Source: Candidatus Aldehydirespiratoraceae bacterium | GTDB lineage: Bacteria; Actinomycetota; Acidimicrobiia; Acidimicrobiales; Aldehydirespiratoraceae | DNA: 64,000 nucleotides | Direction: 5' to 3' | Assembly (NCBI GenBank): GCA_965221585.1 | Contig: OZ244898.1 | Location: 2,489,083 to 2,553,082, forward strand | Position numbers and translations under genes: made by a program | Shown: piece after piece, positions 16,813-27,363 of the stretch | Numbering within the stretch: the first letter of the stretch is position 1 | Layout of the letters: each line of letters starts with the position of its first letter | The notes under the pieces: model-generated | The model's database searches: none | What the model saw: the letters and a program-made list of their open reading frames with translations, nothing else | What the model was told of the DNA's origin: nothing

Positions 16813-18357
16813 ATGAAAAACAACATCGGACTGTTCGTCACCAAACGCGCGCAGTTGAATCCCACAACAGAAGCGATCGTCGACGTCACCAGCGGCAAAC
16901 GCCAGACCTACGCGCAACTGAACGAACGCTGCAACCAGGTGGCCAACAGCATGCGCGACGGCGGGCTCAACAAAGGCGACCGAGTAGCAACCCTGCTGAT
17001 GAACGGCAGCGAGTTCGTCGAGATCTTCTTCGGAACAGCCAAAGCAGGCGGTGTGATCGTTGCCCTCAACTGGCGGCTCGTAGCCGACGAACTCTCGTTC
17101 ATCCTGAACGACTCCGGTGCCAACACGCTGGTCTTCGGCACCGCCTTCAACGAGGTCGTGGCCGAGCTGCACTCCCGCGGCTCGGACGCGACCGCAGTCA
17201 CAACCTGGGTACACGTCGGCGACGCCGCGGACCGTCCCGAATTCGCCAGCGGTTACGAAGACCTGCTCGCACAGGCCTCCACGGACGAGCCGGAGATCAA
17301 CACCAGCGACGACGACCTCCTGTTCATCATGTACACATCAGGAACGACCGGGCTGCCCAAGGGCGTGATGCACTCGCACCTCACAGCACTCTGGTCGGTC
17401 ATAACGGGGAACACCACTGCCGACACCCGCTACACCGACCGCTACCTCATCTGCCTGCCGCTGTTCCACGTCGGTGCCCTCAACCCGATGCTCAGCATCA
17501 TTCACAAGGGCGGGACCGGGGTGATCATGAGCGAGTTCCATCCCGTGAAGATCTGGGAGGTGTTCGCCGCCGAGCGCATCTCGGTCACCCTGGCGGTGCC
17601 AGCGATGCTCAACTTCATGTTGTCCACCTACGACAAGGAGAGCCACGACATCTCGCACCTGCGCTGGGTCATGAGCGGAGCCGCACCAGTTCCAGTCCCC
17701 CTCATCAAGGCCTACGAGGCCATGGGCATCGAGATCCATCAGGTGTACGGGCTCACCGAGACCTGTGGACCCGGCTGTCTGATCTCTCCGGACGATGCGC
17801 TGACACGAGCAGGATCGACTGGCAAGACGTTCTTCCACACCGAGGTGCGTGTGGTCGACGAACGGGGCAACGACTGCGCTCCGAACGAACCGGGCGAGGT
17901 CATCATCTCGGGTCCCCACGTCATGGTCGGATACTGGAACCGGCCTGACGCCACCGCCGAGACGATCGTGGACGGCTGGTTGAAGACAGGTGACGTCGCG
18001 ATCCAGGACAGCGACGGGTTCATCTACATTCAGGACCGGATCAAGGACATGATCATCTCCGGCGGCGAGAACGTCTACCCGGCCGAGATCGAGAACGTGC
18101 TCATGGCGATGGAGGGAGTGGCCGACGCTGCGGTCATCGGGGTCCCCAGCGACAAATGGGGCGAATCGCCTCTGGCCGTCATCGTGCGCTCAAGCGAGGA
18201 CGTCACCGCAGAGGACGTGATCGCGCACTGTGACGGCAAGCTGGCACGCTTCAAGATGCCCAAAGCCGTCGAGTTCACCGACGTCATTCCCCGCAATCCG
18301 ACCGGCAAGGTGCTCAAGCGGGTGCTGCGCGAACAGTACGAGTCGGCATCGACATGA
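16813..18357 (+). CDS. Long-chain fatty acid--CoA ligase (FadD13-like)
   Basis: YTSGTTGLPKG, YGLTE, TGD, IISGGENVYP, RNPTGK. Confidence 0.92.
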   Translation: MKNNIGLFVTKRAQLNPTTEAIVDVTSGKRQTYAQLNERCNQVANSMRDGGLNKGDRVATLLMNGSEFVEIFFGTAKAGGVIVALNWRLVADELSFILNDSGANTLVFGTAFNEVVAELHSRGSDATAVTTWVHVGDAADRPEFASGYEDLLAQASTDEPEINTSDDDLLFIMYTSGTTGLPKGVMHSHLTALWSVITGNTTADTRYTDRYLICLPLFHVGALNPMLSIIHKGGTGVIMSEFHPVKIWEVFAAERISVTLAVPAMLNFMLSTYDKESHDISHLRWVMSGAAPVPVPLIKAYEAMGIEIHQVYGLTETCGPGCLISPDDALTRAGSTGKTFFHTEVRVVDERGNDCAPNEPGEVIISGPHVMVGYWNRPDATAETIVDGWLKTGDVAIQDSDGFIYIQDRIKDMIISGGENVYPAEIENVLMAMEGVADAAVIGVPSDKWGESPLAVIVRSSEDVTAEDVIAHCDGKLARFKMPKAVEFTDVIPRNPTGKVLKRVLREQYESAST

Positions 18358-19139
18358 CCGGCAGGCTCACTGGGCAGGTCGCAGTCGTCACCGGCGGTGG
18401 AGGTGGCATCGGCGAGGCCTACTGCCGCCGCTTCGTCACGGAAGGCGCCAAAGTAGCGGTCGTTGACATCGGCCGTGAGCAGGGAACTCGTGTAGCAGAG
18501 TCACTCGGCGACGACGCCGTGTTCGTAGAGACCGACATCAGCGACGACGCCTCGGTCGATGCCTGCCGCGACGCCGTGCTCGACGCTTTCGGAACTGTCG
18601 ACGTGCTGGTCAACAACGCTGCGCTCTACGGAGAGTTGGACCTCTCGAACAACTCCGTCGACTACCTGCGACACGTCTACGACATCAACGTCATCGGACA
18701 ATGGCTGATGGCCCGGGCCTTCGCTCCCACAATGGTCCAGAAGGGTCGCGGGCGGATAATCAATATCGGCTCCATCGCCGGCTACCTGCCGCTCGGTGCC
18801 CTGGGACCGCCCGGTGATCCCCAAACCTGGTCTCTGAGTTCGTTCGCCTATCAGCAGACGAAGTTCGCGGTACTGGGCTTGACCAGGCAACTCGCCGGAG
18901 AATTGGGGAAGTACGGGGTCACTGCCAACACCATCGCCCCTGGTCTGGTGATGACACCGGCCACCGACAAACAGGTGCCGGCTGGTTTCGATCAGGTCTT
19001 CGCGGACATGTCCGCCGCCAAACGCAATTCACAGGCCGAAGACATGTGCGGCCCGGTTCTGTTCCTGGCCAGCGACGACAGCGCCATGGTCAACGGACAG
19101 GTCATTTGCGTCGACGGCGGCAACGTCATGCCCGCCTGA
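18354..19139 (+). CDS. SDR-family oxidoreductase
   Basis: TGGGGGIG, NNA, YQQTK, IAPG. Confidence 0.9.
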   Translation: MTGRLTGQVAVVTGGGGGIGEAYCRRFVTEGAKVAVVDIGREQGTRVAESLGDDAVFVETDISDDASVDACRDAVLDAFGTVDVLVNNAALYGELDLSNNSVDYLRHVYDINVIGQWLMARAFAPTMVQKGRGRIINIGSIAGYLPLGALGPPGDPQTWSLSSFAYQQTKFAVLGLTRQLAGELGKYGVTANTIAPGLVMTPATDKQVPAGFDQVFADMSAAKRNSQAEDMCGPVLFLASDDSAMVNGQVICVDGGNVMPA

Positions 19140-19152
19140 AGGGGCCGTTCGC

Positions 19153-20253
19153 GTGACCTCCAAAACCCTGGTCGTGGGCGGTACGGGACCGACCGGACCG
19201 GCAATCGTGGCAGGACTCGAAGCCCGCGGGCACGATGTGACCATCTGCCATACCGGCAAACACGAAGTCGACGAAGTGATGCACCTGCCGCACATCCATT
19301 GCGACGTGCGTGACCATGACTCGCTGAGCCAAGCCATAGGAACCCTGGATTGGGACGTAGCGGTCATCACCTACGGGCGGTTGCGGGCCATCGCCGAAGT
19401 GCTCGAAGGACGTGTCGGACACTTCGTCTCCGTCGGCGGCGGACCCGCTCTGCGCGGCTACTTCGATCCCTGGGCTTTCGACCCGCCCGGGCTACCGCTA
19501 CCGACTCCCGAAGATGCGCCCACAGCCACAGAGGACGACGACGGCAAGTCGTACCGGGTCGCCCGGACCGAACAGTACGTGTTCGAGCGCCACCCGCGTG
19601 CCACGCACTTCCGCTACCCCTACGTCTACGGACCACGCCAGCTCGTGCCGAGGGAATGGTGCGTCGTCAAGCGAATCATGGACGGACGCCGCCAGATCGT
19701 GCTGGCCGACGGTGGGCAATCTGCTCACAGCTTCGGCTATGTGGACAACCTGGCCCATGCAATCCACCTTGCTGTGGACCAGCCCGAGGCGGCAGCTGGT
19801 CGGATCTTCAACGCCGCCGACGAGGAGGCGCTCACCGTCCGCCAAGTGGTGGAGATCTGCGCCTCGGCCCTGGGCGCGGAGCTGGAGATCGTGTCGATGC
19901 CGGCGGAACTGGCGGTTCCGGCTCGACCGTTGATGATGGGGCCGTCAACCCATCATCGAGTGTTCGACATCAGCGCGCTGCGCCATGTGCTCGGCTATCG
20001 AGACGTGGTCAGCGCACGTGAGGCCGTGGCCCGCACCGCCAGGTGGTTGGTCGAGAACCCGCATCCCGCCGGCGGCCAGGTGGAACGAATCCTGGAGGAC
20101 CCGTTCGACTACGAGAACGAGGACCGGCTGATCTCCTGGTGGAAGTCTGCTACCGCCACACCGCCCGATCTGGTATGGGAGACCCCGCCGGGCTACGGAC
20201 TCAGCTACTCCGGCCCCGGAACGAGCTACCAACGCCCCGACACCCGCATCTAG
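19153..20253 (+). CDS. NAD-dependent epimerase/dehydratase family protein
   Basis: [32 protein letters not shown]. Confidence 0.85.
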   Translation: MTSKTLVVGGTGPTGPAIVAGLEARGHDVTICHTGKHEVDEVMHLPHIHCDVRDHDSLSQAIGTLDWDVAVITYGRLRAIAEVLEGRVGHFVSVGGGPALRGYFDPWAFDPPGLPLPTPEDAPTATEDDDGKSYRVARTEQYVFERHPRATHFRYPYVYGPRQLVPREWCVVKRIMDGRRQIVLADGGQSAHSFGYVDNLAHAIHLAVDQPEAAAGRIFNAADEEALTVRQVVEICASALGAELEIVSMPAELAVPARPLMMGPSTHHRVFDISALRHVLGYRDVVSAREAVARTARWLVENPHPAGGQVERILEDPFDYENEDRLISWWKSATATPPDLVWETPPGYGLSYSGPGTSYQRPDTRI

Positions 20254-20261
20254 AGCATCAC

Positions 20262-20777
20262 ATGTCAGCACCACACGATCAGTACCCCAGATTGAAGCTC
20301 ATCACCGGCGACATAACCGCCGAGGATGTCGACGCCATCGTCAACGCCGCCAACTCCTCGCTGCTCGGAGGCGGCGGGGTCGACGGCGCGATCCATCGGG
20401 CCGCCGGTCCCGAACTGGTCACACACTGCCGCACGCTAGGGGGCTGTGAAACCGGACAGGCCAAGATCACACCAGGATTCAAGCTCAAGGCCCGTTGGGT
20501 GATCCACACTGTCGGACCTGTCTGGCACGGTGGTGCCCGAGGCGAGCCGGAACTGCTCGCCTCCTGTTATCGGGAGTCGCTGGCCCGAGCCGACGAGGTG
20601 AGCGCTGCAACCGTTGCCTTCCCGGCAATATCCACCGGGGTCTACGGTTACCCGATAGAGGCCGCGGCCGCCATCGCGGTCAGCACAATCCGTTCCACGC
20701 CCACCAAGGTGACCGAGGTTCGTTTCGTCGCCTTCAATCAACAGAGCTTCGACGCCTACCGCCAGATCCTGGATTAA
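20262..20777 (+). CDS. ymdB: Macrodomain O-acetyl-ADP-ribose deacetylase (YmdB-like)
   Basis: [47 protein letters not shown]. Confidence 0.9.
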   Translation: MSAPHDQYPRLKLITGDITAEDVDAIVNAANSSLLGGGGVDGAIHRAAGPELVTHCRTLGGCETGQAKITPGFKLKARWVIHTVGPVWHGGARGEPELLASCYRESLARADEVSAATVAFPAISTGVYGYPIEAAAAIAVSTIRSTPTKVTEVRFVAFNQQSFDAYRQILD

Positions 20778-20842
20778 GAGCGCGCGCAGATTGGCAGGCC
20801 TTCGAGCGGTAAGGCGTTGTCTCCCGTCGGATCCGTGAGCGT

Positions 20843-22504
20843 TCACGGGGGCGTGTCTTCGTAGACCTGGATCGTTCCGCCGTATGTTGCAACCCAGACC
20901 CGCAAGTCCACGGGGTCGTAGGTGATCCCGATCGGGCGGTCGGGCGTCGCGACTCGTTGCAGCACGGCCATGTCGGCGGTCCGAACCTTGCTGAAGGTGT
21001 CGTCGTGGTAGTTGACAACGAATAACGCTGTGCCGTCATCGCTCATGGCCAGCGAACGCGCCCCCGAACCGGTATAGGCAGTACCGACGACCGCATTCGT
21101 CTCCAGGTCGATCTTGACCACGGCAGCTTCGTGGTTGAGCGACGCGTACAGGTACCGGCTGTCTGGACTGAGCAGCAACGATCTTGGGGCTCGGCCAACC
21201 CGCGGTATCTCGGTGATCGGTGCGGTCAGGTTCGTGAGATCGACAACCGCAATCTCGCTGCCGCCCATGACCGCCACGTACGCCGTTGTCGAGTCACTCG
21301 AAACGGCAACACCGCGGGGATACCGTCCAATCGGGACGCGGGCAATCTCGGCTGCGGTTACGGTATCGACGACGCTCAGGTCGAACCCACACCAGTTGGT
21401 GACCAGGACCTTCGTGTCATCCGGCGTGACAGCCACAAACTTCGGTACCGGTCCCACACCGATCACTCGGTCGATTGCCAGGGACTCGACATCTACGCGG
21501 TAGAGAAAACTGTCGTCCCAGCCGCCCGGCACACACTGATCATGGCCGGCGCGCGAATACCCGGGACCGAACATCTGGTAGTTCGACACGTAGGCGTAGC
21601 GGCCGTCCGACGTGAACGCTGCCTCCACCGGGGCACCTGAGTAGACCGCACCGGGACTGGCGCCGGCAACGCCGAAATCGGAGAGCACCACACCGTCGCT
21701 GATCGTTCCTACCAGCGCCAACGACCTGTCGTAGACGGTTATCGTGTGCCGGTACATCATGTTCTGGGCGAAGAACAGGTCCCGCCCCGAAAACACCACA
21801 GACTTGGGCGTTATGGCTCCGCGAATCTCGCCGATTCGCCGCAGAGTCAGCGTGTCCGAGGGTGGATTGCACCGTGGGCTGCTCGCAGCAAGCTCCACCG
21901 CCGGGCTGCCCTGGTAGCGATACAGGAAGGTGGCGAGCTGCCCACGGGTGATCGTGTTGTCCGGAGAGAATGTGGTTGGACCGGTGCCAGTCGTGATGGA
22001 CTCCGCCACCATCCAGGCAACCGGTCGCTGCTGCCAGGATTTGGTGACGTCCGTGAACGGATGCGTGGTCGCCGGAGGCCGTCCGGCTACACGGTGCAGC
22101 ATCGCCGCGAACTCACCACGAGTGACTGCATTATCGGGAGAGAACGTGGCTGGAGTCGTCCCGACGGCAATGCCCCGGTCGGCCGTCCACGAGACCGGCG
22201 CATGCTGGTATGCGGCCACGACATCCTCGAACTCGTGCGGCGGTGACTCCGGTTCACCCTCCATCCGCCACAGAAACGTCGCAGCCTGGCCCCTGGTGAC
22301 CGGATCGTCCGGGGAGAAACAGCTCTCGGAGGTCCCGGTGGTGATGTTGTCGTCGACCATCCACTGCACCGCTGTTGCGTAGTACCGGTCCGCGTGGATG
22401 TCGCCGAATCCTGCGACGCCGGTTGCCGGCGACGGGGCAGCCAACACCGCGCCGATCAGCGCCACCGAAATCACGCCGAGAAGGATACCCCGCACGTCCG
22501 ACAC
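20843..22504 (-). CDS. Secreted SLH-domain protein with YVTN/YncE-like beta-propeller
   Basis: Signal peptide; three SLH repeats (ITTG...FSPD..VTRGQ); propeller repeats AYVSN, VLVTN, AYVA, LYAS, LFVVN. Confidence 0.85.
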   Translation of the reverse strand: MSDVRGILLGVISVALIGAVLAAPSPATGVAGFGDIHADRYYATAVQWMVDDNITTGTSESCFSPDDPVTRGQAATFLWRMEGEPESPPHEFEDVVAAYQHAPVSWTADRGIAVGTTPATFSPDNAVTRGEFAAMLHRVAGRPPATTHPFTDVTKSWQQRPVAWMVAESITTGTGPTTFSPDNTITRGQLATFLYRYQGSPAVELAASSPRCNPPSDTLTLRRIGEIRGAITPKSVVFSGRDLFFAQNMMYRHTITVYDRSLALVGTISDGVVLSDFGVAGASPGAVYSGAPVEAAFTSDGRYAYVSNYQMFGPGYSRAGHDQCVPGGWDDSFLYRVDVESLAIDRVIGVGPVPKFVAVTPDDTKVLVTNWCGFDLSVVDTVTAAEIARVPIGRYPRGVAVSSDSTTAYVAVMGGSEIAVVDLTNLTAPITEIPRVGRAPRSLLLSPDSRYLYASLNHEAAVVKIDLETNAVVGTAYTGSGARSLAMSDDGTALFVVNYHDDTFSKVRTADMAVLQRVATPDRPIGITYDPVDLRVWVATYGGTIQVYEDTPP

Positions 22505-23971
22505 TCATCCCACCGGAAACTGAGCGCTCGATCGGGCCGCGATCCGGTAGCGCTCTGTTACCCCCGAAGCATCGGTGGCGGGCATGACGGTGACGCCCTC
22601 GCCCAGGTTCCATGCCTCTGCGACAGCACCGAGGGAACCGCCGGTGCTGATCGCCGCGGCCTGCACTGCCGCGCCCACCGCCACGGTCTCGTCGTTGTCC
22701 GGCACGATCACCGGGGCGTTGCACAGATCCGCAGCTCGCTGACGATAGGCGGCCGAACGGGCCCCGCCCCCGATCAGCAGCAGCCGACCCGAGGTGTCGA
22801 CGCCTGCCGCAACCAGCGCGTCGAGACCTGCCAGCAAACCGCACAGCACGCCATCGTGAGCGGCCAAGGCCAGGTCTTCGCGGCTCGTGGTGTTGCGAAG
22901 GCCCGCGAACATACCAGCGGCATCAGGCAGGTCGGGGGTTCGCTCACCGTCAAAATACGGCACCAGCACAGGCGGCTCCGCAGTTGGCGACGCGGCCAAA
23001 GCGAGAGCAGCCAGACCCGCAGCATCAACTCCCAACCAGCGAGCGACCGTGTCGGTGACCTTGGTCGCGTTGAGCGTGCAAACCAGGGGCAGGAATCTCC
23101 CAGAGGCATCCGCAAACCCCGCCACCGCCCCCGACTCGTCCGCCGTTGGTGTCGACGACACCCCGTAGACGGTGCCGGAGGTGCCAAGCGAAACGACCAC
23201 ATCACCGGGTTGCAGACCGAGGCCTAGCGCCGCACCCATGTTGTCTCCGCTGCCAGGGCCGACAACCACGGCGGGGCTGAGCCCCAGCGCGGACGCTGCC
23301 TGGGTGCTCAATTCACCCGCCGCGGCGTCGGCTGCGAGCACTTCAGGCAAACGGGAACGCCACGAATCCGTGCCGCCGACAAGTCCGAGCAGGTCGTCTC
23401 GGTAGACGTTGCTGCGAGGATCGAACCAGCCCGTACCGGACGCATCACCCCGGTCGGTCACATGGCGACCTGTCAAACGCCAGGTCAGGTAGTCGTGAGG
23501 CAGCATTATCCTGGCGATCCGGTCGACGAGTTCCGGTTCGTTGTCGACGATCCACGCCAGTTTGGTGGCGGTGAACGACGCCACCGGCACCGATCCGCAT
23601 GCTTGGGCCCAGCCCGCGGCGCCGTACCCAGCGACGAGTCGCTGAGCCTGCGGTGCCGAGGTCGTGTCGTTCCAGAGCTTGGCCGGGCGCAAAGGCACGC
23701 CGCAATCATCGAGCAGGACCAGTCCGTGCTGCTGTCCTGCCACGCTGATCGCAACCACCTCCGCACAGTGGTCCGAGAGCTGAGCGAAACACTCCACCAA
23801 CGCCGACCACCAGGCTTCCGGGTGTTGTTCACTGACCGGTGGAGATGTGGGCGGGTGTGGAGCGCTGGCGCGTGCCACCAACTCACCTGTGTCGATATCG
23901 CGCAGCTCTACCTTCGTGGATTGCGTCGAGGAATCAACCCCCGCTGCCAGCAACCGCCCGCGTCGCGGCAC
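22505..23971 (-). CDS. xylB: Xylulokinase
   Basis: GVDSSTQSTK, AGQQHG, LWNDT, TDRGDASGT, PYFDGERTP, GGGARS; GTG start overlaps the xylA stop. Confidence 0.9.
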   Translation of the reverse strand: MPRRGRLLAAGVDSSTQSTKVELRDIDTGELVARASAPHPPTSPPVSEQHPEAWWSALVECFAQLSDHCAEVVAISVAGQQHGLVLLDDCGVPLRPAKLWNDTTSAPQAQRLVAGYGAAGWAQACGSVPVASFTATKLAWIVDNEPELVDRIARIMLPHDYLTWRLTGRHVTDRGDASGTGWFDPRSNVYRDDLLGLVGGTDSWRSRLPEVLAADAAAGELSTQAASALGLSPAVVVGPGSGDNMGAALGLGLQPGDVVVSLGTSGTVYGVSSTPTADESGAVAGFADASGRFLPLVCTLNATKVTDTVARWLGVDAAGLAALALAASPTAEPPVLVPYFDGERTPDLPDAAGMFAGLRNTTSREDLALAAHDGVLCGLLAGLDALVAAGVDTSGRLLLIGGGARSAAYRQRAADLCNAPVIVPDNDETVAVGAAVQAAAISTGGSLGAVAEAWNLGEGVTVMPATDASGVTERYRIAARSSAQFPVG

Positions 23972-25302
23972 TACCCAACGCTCCAAACATGCTTGTTGAC
24001 CTGGTTCTCGAGGAGTTCCTGACGTCCCGATCTGGGTGCGGGGTCGACATTGTTCTCGGTGGCGTGGTCGGCCAGGGCCGCCAAGTCCATCGAACCCGCC
24101 AAGATGTCGCTTCCAAGGTCTCGACCCCAGCCCTCGTAGCGGGCATCGCGTGCGGCTTCGATCGTGCCGTCGTCGACCATTGATTCGGCCACCAGCAAAG
24201 ACCGGGCCAGTGTGTCGATACCACCGACATGACCATGGAACAGGTCAGTACGGTCCAGGCTCTGGCGACGCAGCTTGGTATCAAACAGGAATCCTCCGGT
24301 GTCGAAGCCCCCACCGAGCACGATCTCGTAAAGCGCCAACGACATCTCGTCCACCGAGTTGGGGAACTGGTCGGTGTCCCAGCCGTTCTGGGGATCACCA
24401 CGGTTGGCGTCGATGCTGCCGAAGATGCCGTTGGCCATCGCGTACGCAACTTCGTGGTGAAACGAGTGGCCGCCGAGGGTGGCGTGGTTCACCTCGATGT
24501 TCACCTTGTACTCGCCCAACAGGTCGTAACGATCCAGGAATCCATGGACGGACGAACAGTCGTAGTCGTACTGGTGCTTGGTCGGCTCCTGAGGCTTCGG
24601 CTCGATCAACAACGTCCCGGTGAAGCCGATCTGGTGTTTGTATTCCGCAACCATGGTCAAGAACCGCGCCAGCTGATCCGCTTCTTGGACCATGCGGGTG
24701 TTCAACAGAGTCTCGTATCCCTCACGACCTCCCCAGAGCACGTAGTTGTGCCCGCCCAGGCGGTGCGTGGCATCGACCATGTTGCGAACCTGCGCGGCCG
24801 CGTGCGCGAACACTTCGGGGTTGGGGTTGGTGGCTGCACCGGCCGCGTAGCGGGGATGGGAGAACAGGTTGGCGGTTCCCCACAACAGTTCGACGCCGGT
24901 TTCGGCCATCTTCTCGGCGGCACGCTCAACCATCGCTTCGAGGTTGGCCCTCGACTCGGCCAGGGTCTCCCCCTCCGGTGACATGTCGACATCGTGAAAC
25001 GAGAAGTAGGGCGTGCCGAGTTTCGCGAAGAACTCGAAGGCCGCGTCCTGTTTGGCACGCGCCGCGGCCATCGGATCGAGCCCGGTCTCGAGCCAGGGCC
25101 GGTCGAATGTGCCGACGCCGAAGATGTCCGATCCCGGCCAGTTGAAACTGTGCCAGTAGCAGACACCTATGCGCAGGTGTTCCTCCATGCGTTTCCCGAG
25201 AACCATGCGGTCCGGGTTGTACACCTGGTAGGCCAGGTCGCTTTCGGTCCGGGCCGAGCCGGCGAAGGGAATCGGCTCGGCGACATCAGTGAAGAAGGTC
25301 AT
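23971..25302 (-). CDS. xylA: Xylose isomerase (class II, ~440 aa)
   Basis: [53 protein letters not shown]. Confidence 0.95.
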   Translation of the reverse strand: MTFFTDVAEPIPFAGSARTESDLAYQVYNPDRMVLGKRMEEHLRIGVCYWHSFNWPGSDIFGVGTFDRPWLETGLDPMAAARAKQDAAFEFFAKLGTPYFSFHDVDMSPEGETLAESRANLEAMVERAAEKMAETGVELLWGTANLFSHPRYAAGAATNPNPEVFAHAAAQVRNMVDATHRLGGHNYVLWGGREGYETLLNTRMVQEADQLARFLTMVAEYKHQIGFTGTLLIEPKPQEPTKHQYDYDCSSVHGFLDRYDLLGEYKVNIEVNHATLGGHSFHHEVAYAMANGIFGSIDANRGDPQNGWDTDQFPNSVDEMSLALYEIVLGGGFDTGGFLFDTKLRRQSLDRTDLFHGHVGGIDTLARSLLVAESMVDDGTIEAARDARYEGWGRDLGSDILAGSMDLAALADHATENNVDPAPRSGRQELLENQVNKHVWSVG

Positions 25303-25368
25303 TGTGATCTCTCATCGTTCGATTCAGTCGAGTTGATCCTTGCGGTCAACCTGATCCAATACGGTCTA

Positions 25369-26478
25369 CTAGGTCGAGGCACCCGCGGTGGCAACGGGGA
25401 GCAGGCGGCCATCGAGGGCCGCGCTGGCGAGGGCAACATCGGTCAGGAGTTGAACTCGGGCACCTGCCGCGAGGCTTGGGGTGCAGGGTCGCCCAGCGAT
25501 GATGTCGTCGATCCAACGGCGGGCCATGACATCTGTCGTGCGGAATATGTCCCGGTAGGTGTTGTGGACGGTGTCGAATCTCACGGTCGGCCACTGGGCG
25601 TGCAGATCGATCGGTCGGGACGGACCGGTATCGCCGCGTGCCAGCACCCGGACCTCTTGGGTGGTGTCCCAGTCGCTGGTGGCGTAGATCGTGCCGTCGC
25701 TGCCGTGCGCATCGATGTGATGAGTCTGTCCGAACGGCGTGCCCTCCCAGCTGGCGGCACAGGTTTGAAGAGTTCCGAGCGCTCCGTTGGCGAAACGCAC
25801 GCTGATGATGCAGGAGTCTTCGCTGCGTTCGTAGTCCGAACCGTCGGGGCGCGGGTCTCGCTCGACGAAGGCCGTGCTCACGCATCCCAGTTCTGCGATC
25901 GGTCCGAACAACCACTCGGCGTAGTAGAGCCAATGCGAACCAAGGTCACCGATCACTCCCGATCCTGCGAGTTCTTTGTCGAAACGCCAGCTGTAGGAGG
26001 GATCCAAGGCGAATTCGGTGAAGTACCTCAGGTTGAGATGGTGGGGTCTGCCGAGGAATCCCTGGTCAATCAAACGCTTGGTGGCTGCGAAAATGGGCAT
26101 GTACTGGTAGGTGAACGGAACCATCGTGCGCAGGTCGGTACCAGCCGCGGCTGTTGCCACCGAGTCGGCTTCCGCCGCGCTCAACGCCAACGGCTTCTCA
26201 CACAGCACATGGAGACCTTCGGCCAGTGCCTGCCGAGTAATCGGAGCGTGCGTGTCGTTGCCGCTAGCGACGATCACCGCTTCTATTTCTCCACTTGCGA
26301 GCATCTCGCTCCATTCGGTGAACACCAAGTTGATTCCCCACTGATCGGCCCGAGCCTGCGCAACCTCGGCGTTGCGGCCGCAGATGGCGGTGACTGCGCA
26401 ACCGGCATGGTCCGCCAACGCCGGCAGGTACATCGAGTCGGCCCACCATGAGGTTCCAACGATTCCGACCCGGATCAC
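25369..26478 (-). CDS. Gfo/Idh/MocA-family oxidoreductase
   Basis: HVLCEKP, GVIGDLGSH. Confidence 0.88.
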   Translation of the reverse strand: MIRVGIVGTSWWADSMYLPALADHAGCAVTAICGRNAEVAQARADQWGINLVFTEWSEMLASGEIEAVIVASGNDTHAPITRQALAEGLHVLCEKPLALSAAEADSVATAAAGTDLRTMVPFTYQYMPIFAATKRLIDQGFLGRPHHLNLRYFTEFALDPSYSWRFDKELAGSGVIGDLGSHWLYYAEWLFGPIAELGCVSTAFVERDPRPDGSDYERSEDSCIISVRFANGALGTLQTCAASWEGTPFGQTHHIDAHGSDGTIYATSDWDTTQEVRVLARGDTGPSRPIDLHAQWPTVRFDTVHNTYRDIFRTTDVMARRWIDDIIAGRPCTPSLAAGARVQLLTDVALASAALDGRLLPVATAGAST

Positions 26479-26490
26479 GGACTGATGCTC

Positions 26491-27363
26491 CTAGTAGGGC
26501 GAGACATCGCGCCCGATCTGAACAGCCGCCTCGGCCTCGTCGAACAGTTTGGGATAGGGGTAGTCCATGGCCATGAGCTGGCGCAGCATGGGCGTCGCTC
26601 GCTCAACCACCTCGGGCCCAACGCCCGAGAGCTGGTCTTCGAGTGGGGTGACGAACTTGGGGAGGTACTCGATCAGGATTCCGGTGCGGTCCTGTTCGGA
26701 GACGTTGGGCATGGCACAGTGCCAGCACATCCCGTTGAAAATGACGCAATCGCCGGGGTCGCCCTCCATCCGCGCGGCTTGCGCGAAGAACCGCTCACGG
26801 TCCTCGGTCTCGGGGTAGATCAACTCACCCTGGGAGTAGGGAAGGAAGGCGGTCGCTCCAGTCTCCGGTGTGAAGGGGTCGAGCATCACCGTCGCCTGAC
26901 AGTTGAGCGGATAGCTCGAGTTGATCCTCATCGGGAAAGAGGACCGCTTGTAGAGATCCCAATAGGGGTAGTCGATATGGGGTTCTTGACCCGGGCCGCC
27001 GGGCATCAGGCGGTTGGCTGCGACCGAGCCCATGATGAACTCGTCACCGAGGAAGGCGCCGACGATCTTCATAACCAGGGGGTGCTGGACCATCTGTTCG
27101 AACACCTCGCCCTTGTTCAACAGGTTCCAGACACGCCGCTGAAGGTTGACCTGATCGGTGCTGGCCCCCAGGAAGTGCGTCTCCTTGTCGTCCTCTTCGA
27201 CTGTGTACTGGTGGATCAGATCGCGCGCCTCGGAGATCATCCCGACCGGAAAGGCGTCCTTGATGATGATCGCGCCCGATCCGCTGAGCAGCTCCTGCAG
27301 CAACTCCGGCATTTGCTCGTCGATGTCGTCGGTATCGACAACTGTGATCGGACTAGCTGACAC
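26491..27363 (-). CDS. PhyH-family Fe(II)/2-oxoglutarate dioxygenase
   Basis: PHID (HxD), GATAFLPYS, GDCVIF, WHCAMPN...R. Confidence 0.87.
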   Translation of the reverse strand: MSASPITVVDTDDIDEQMPELLQELLSGSGAIIIKDAFPVGMISEARDLIHQYTVEEDDKETHFLGASTDQVNLQRRVWNLLNKGEVFEQMVQHPLVMKIVGAFLGDEFIMGSVAANRLMPGGPGQEPHIDYPYWDLYKRSSFPMRINSSYPLNCQATVMLDPFTPETGATAFLPYSQGELIYPETEDRERFFAQAARMEGDPGDCVIFNGMCWHCAMPNVSEQDRTGILIEYLPKFVTPLEDQLSGVGPEVVERATPMLRQLMAMDYPYPKLFDEAEAAVQIGRDVSPY

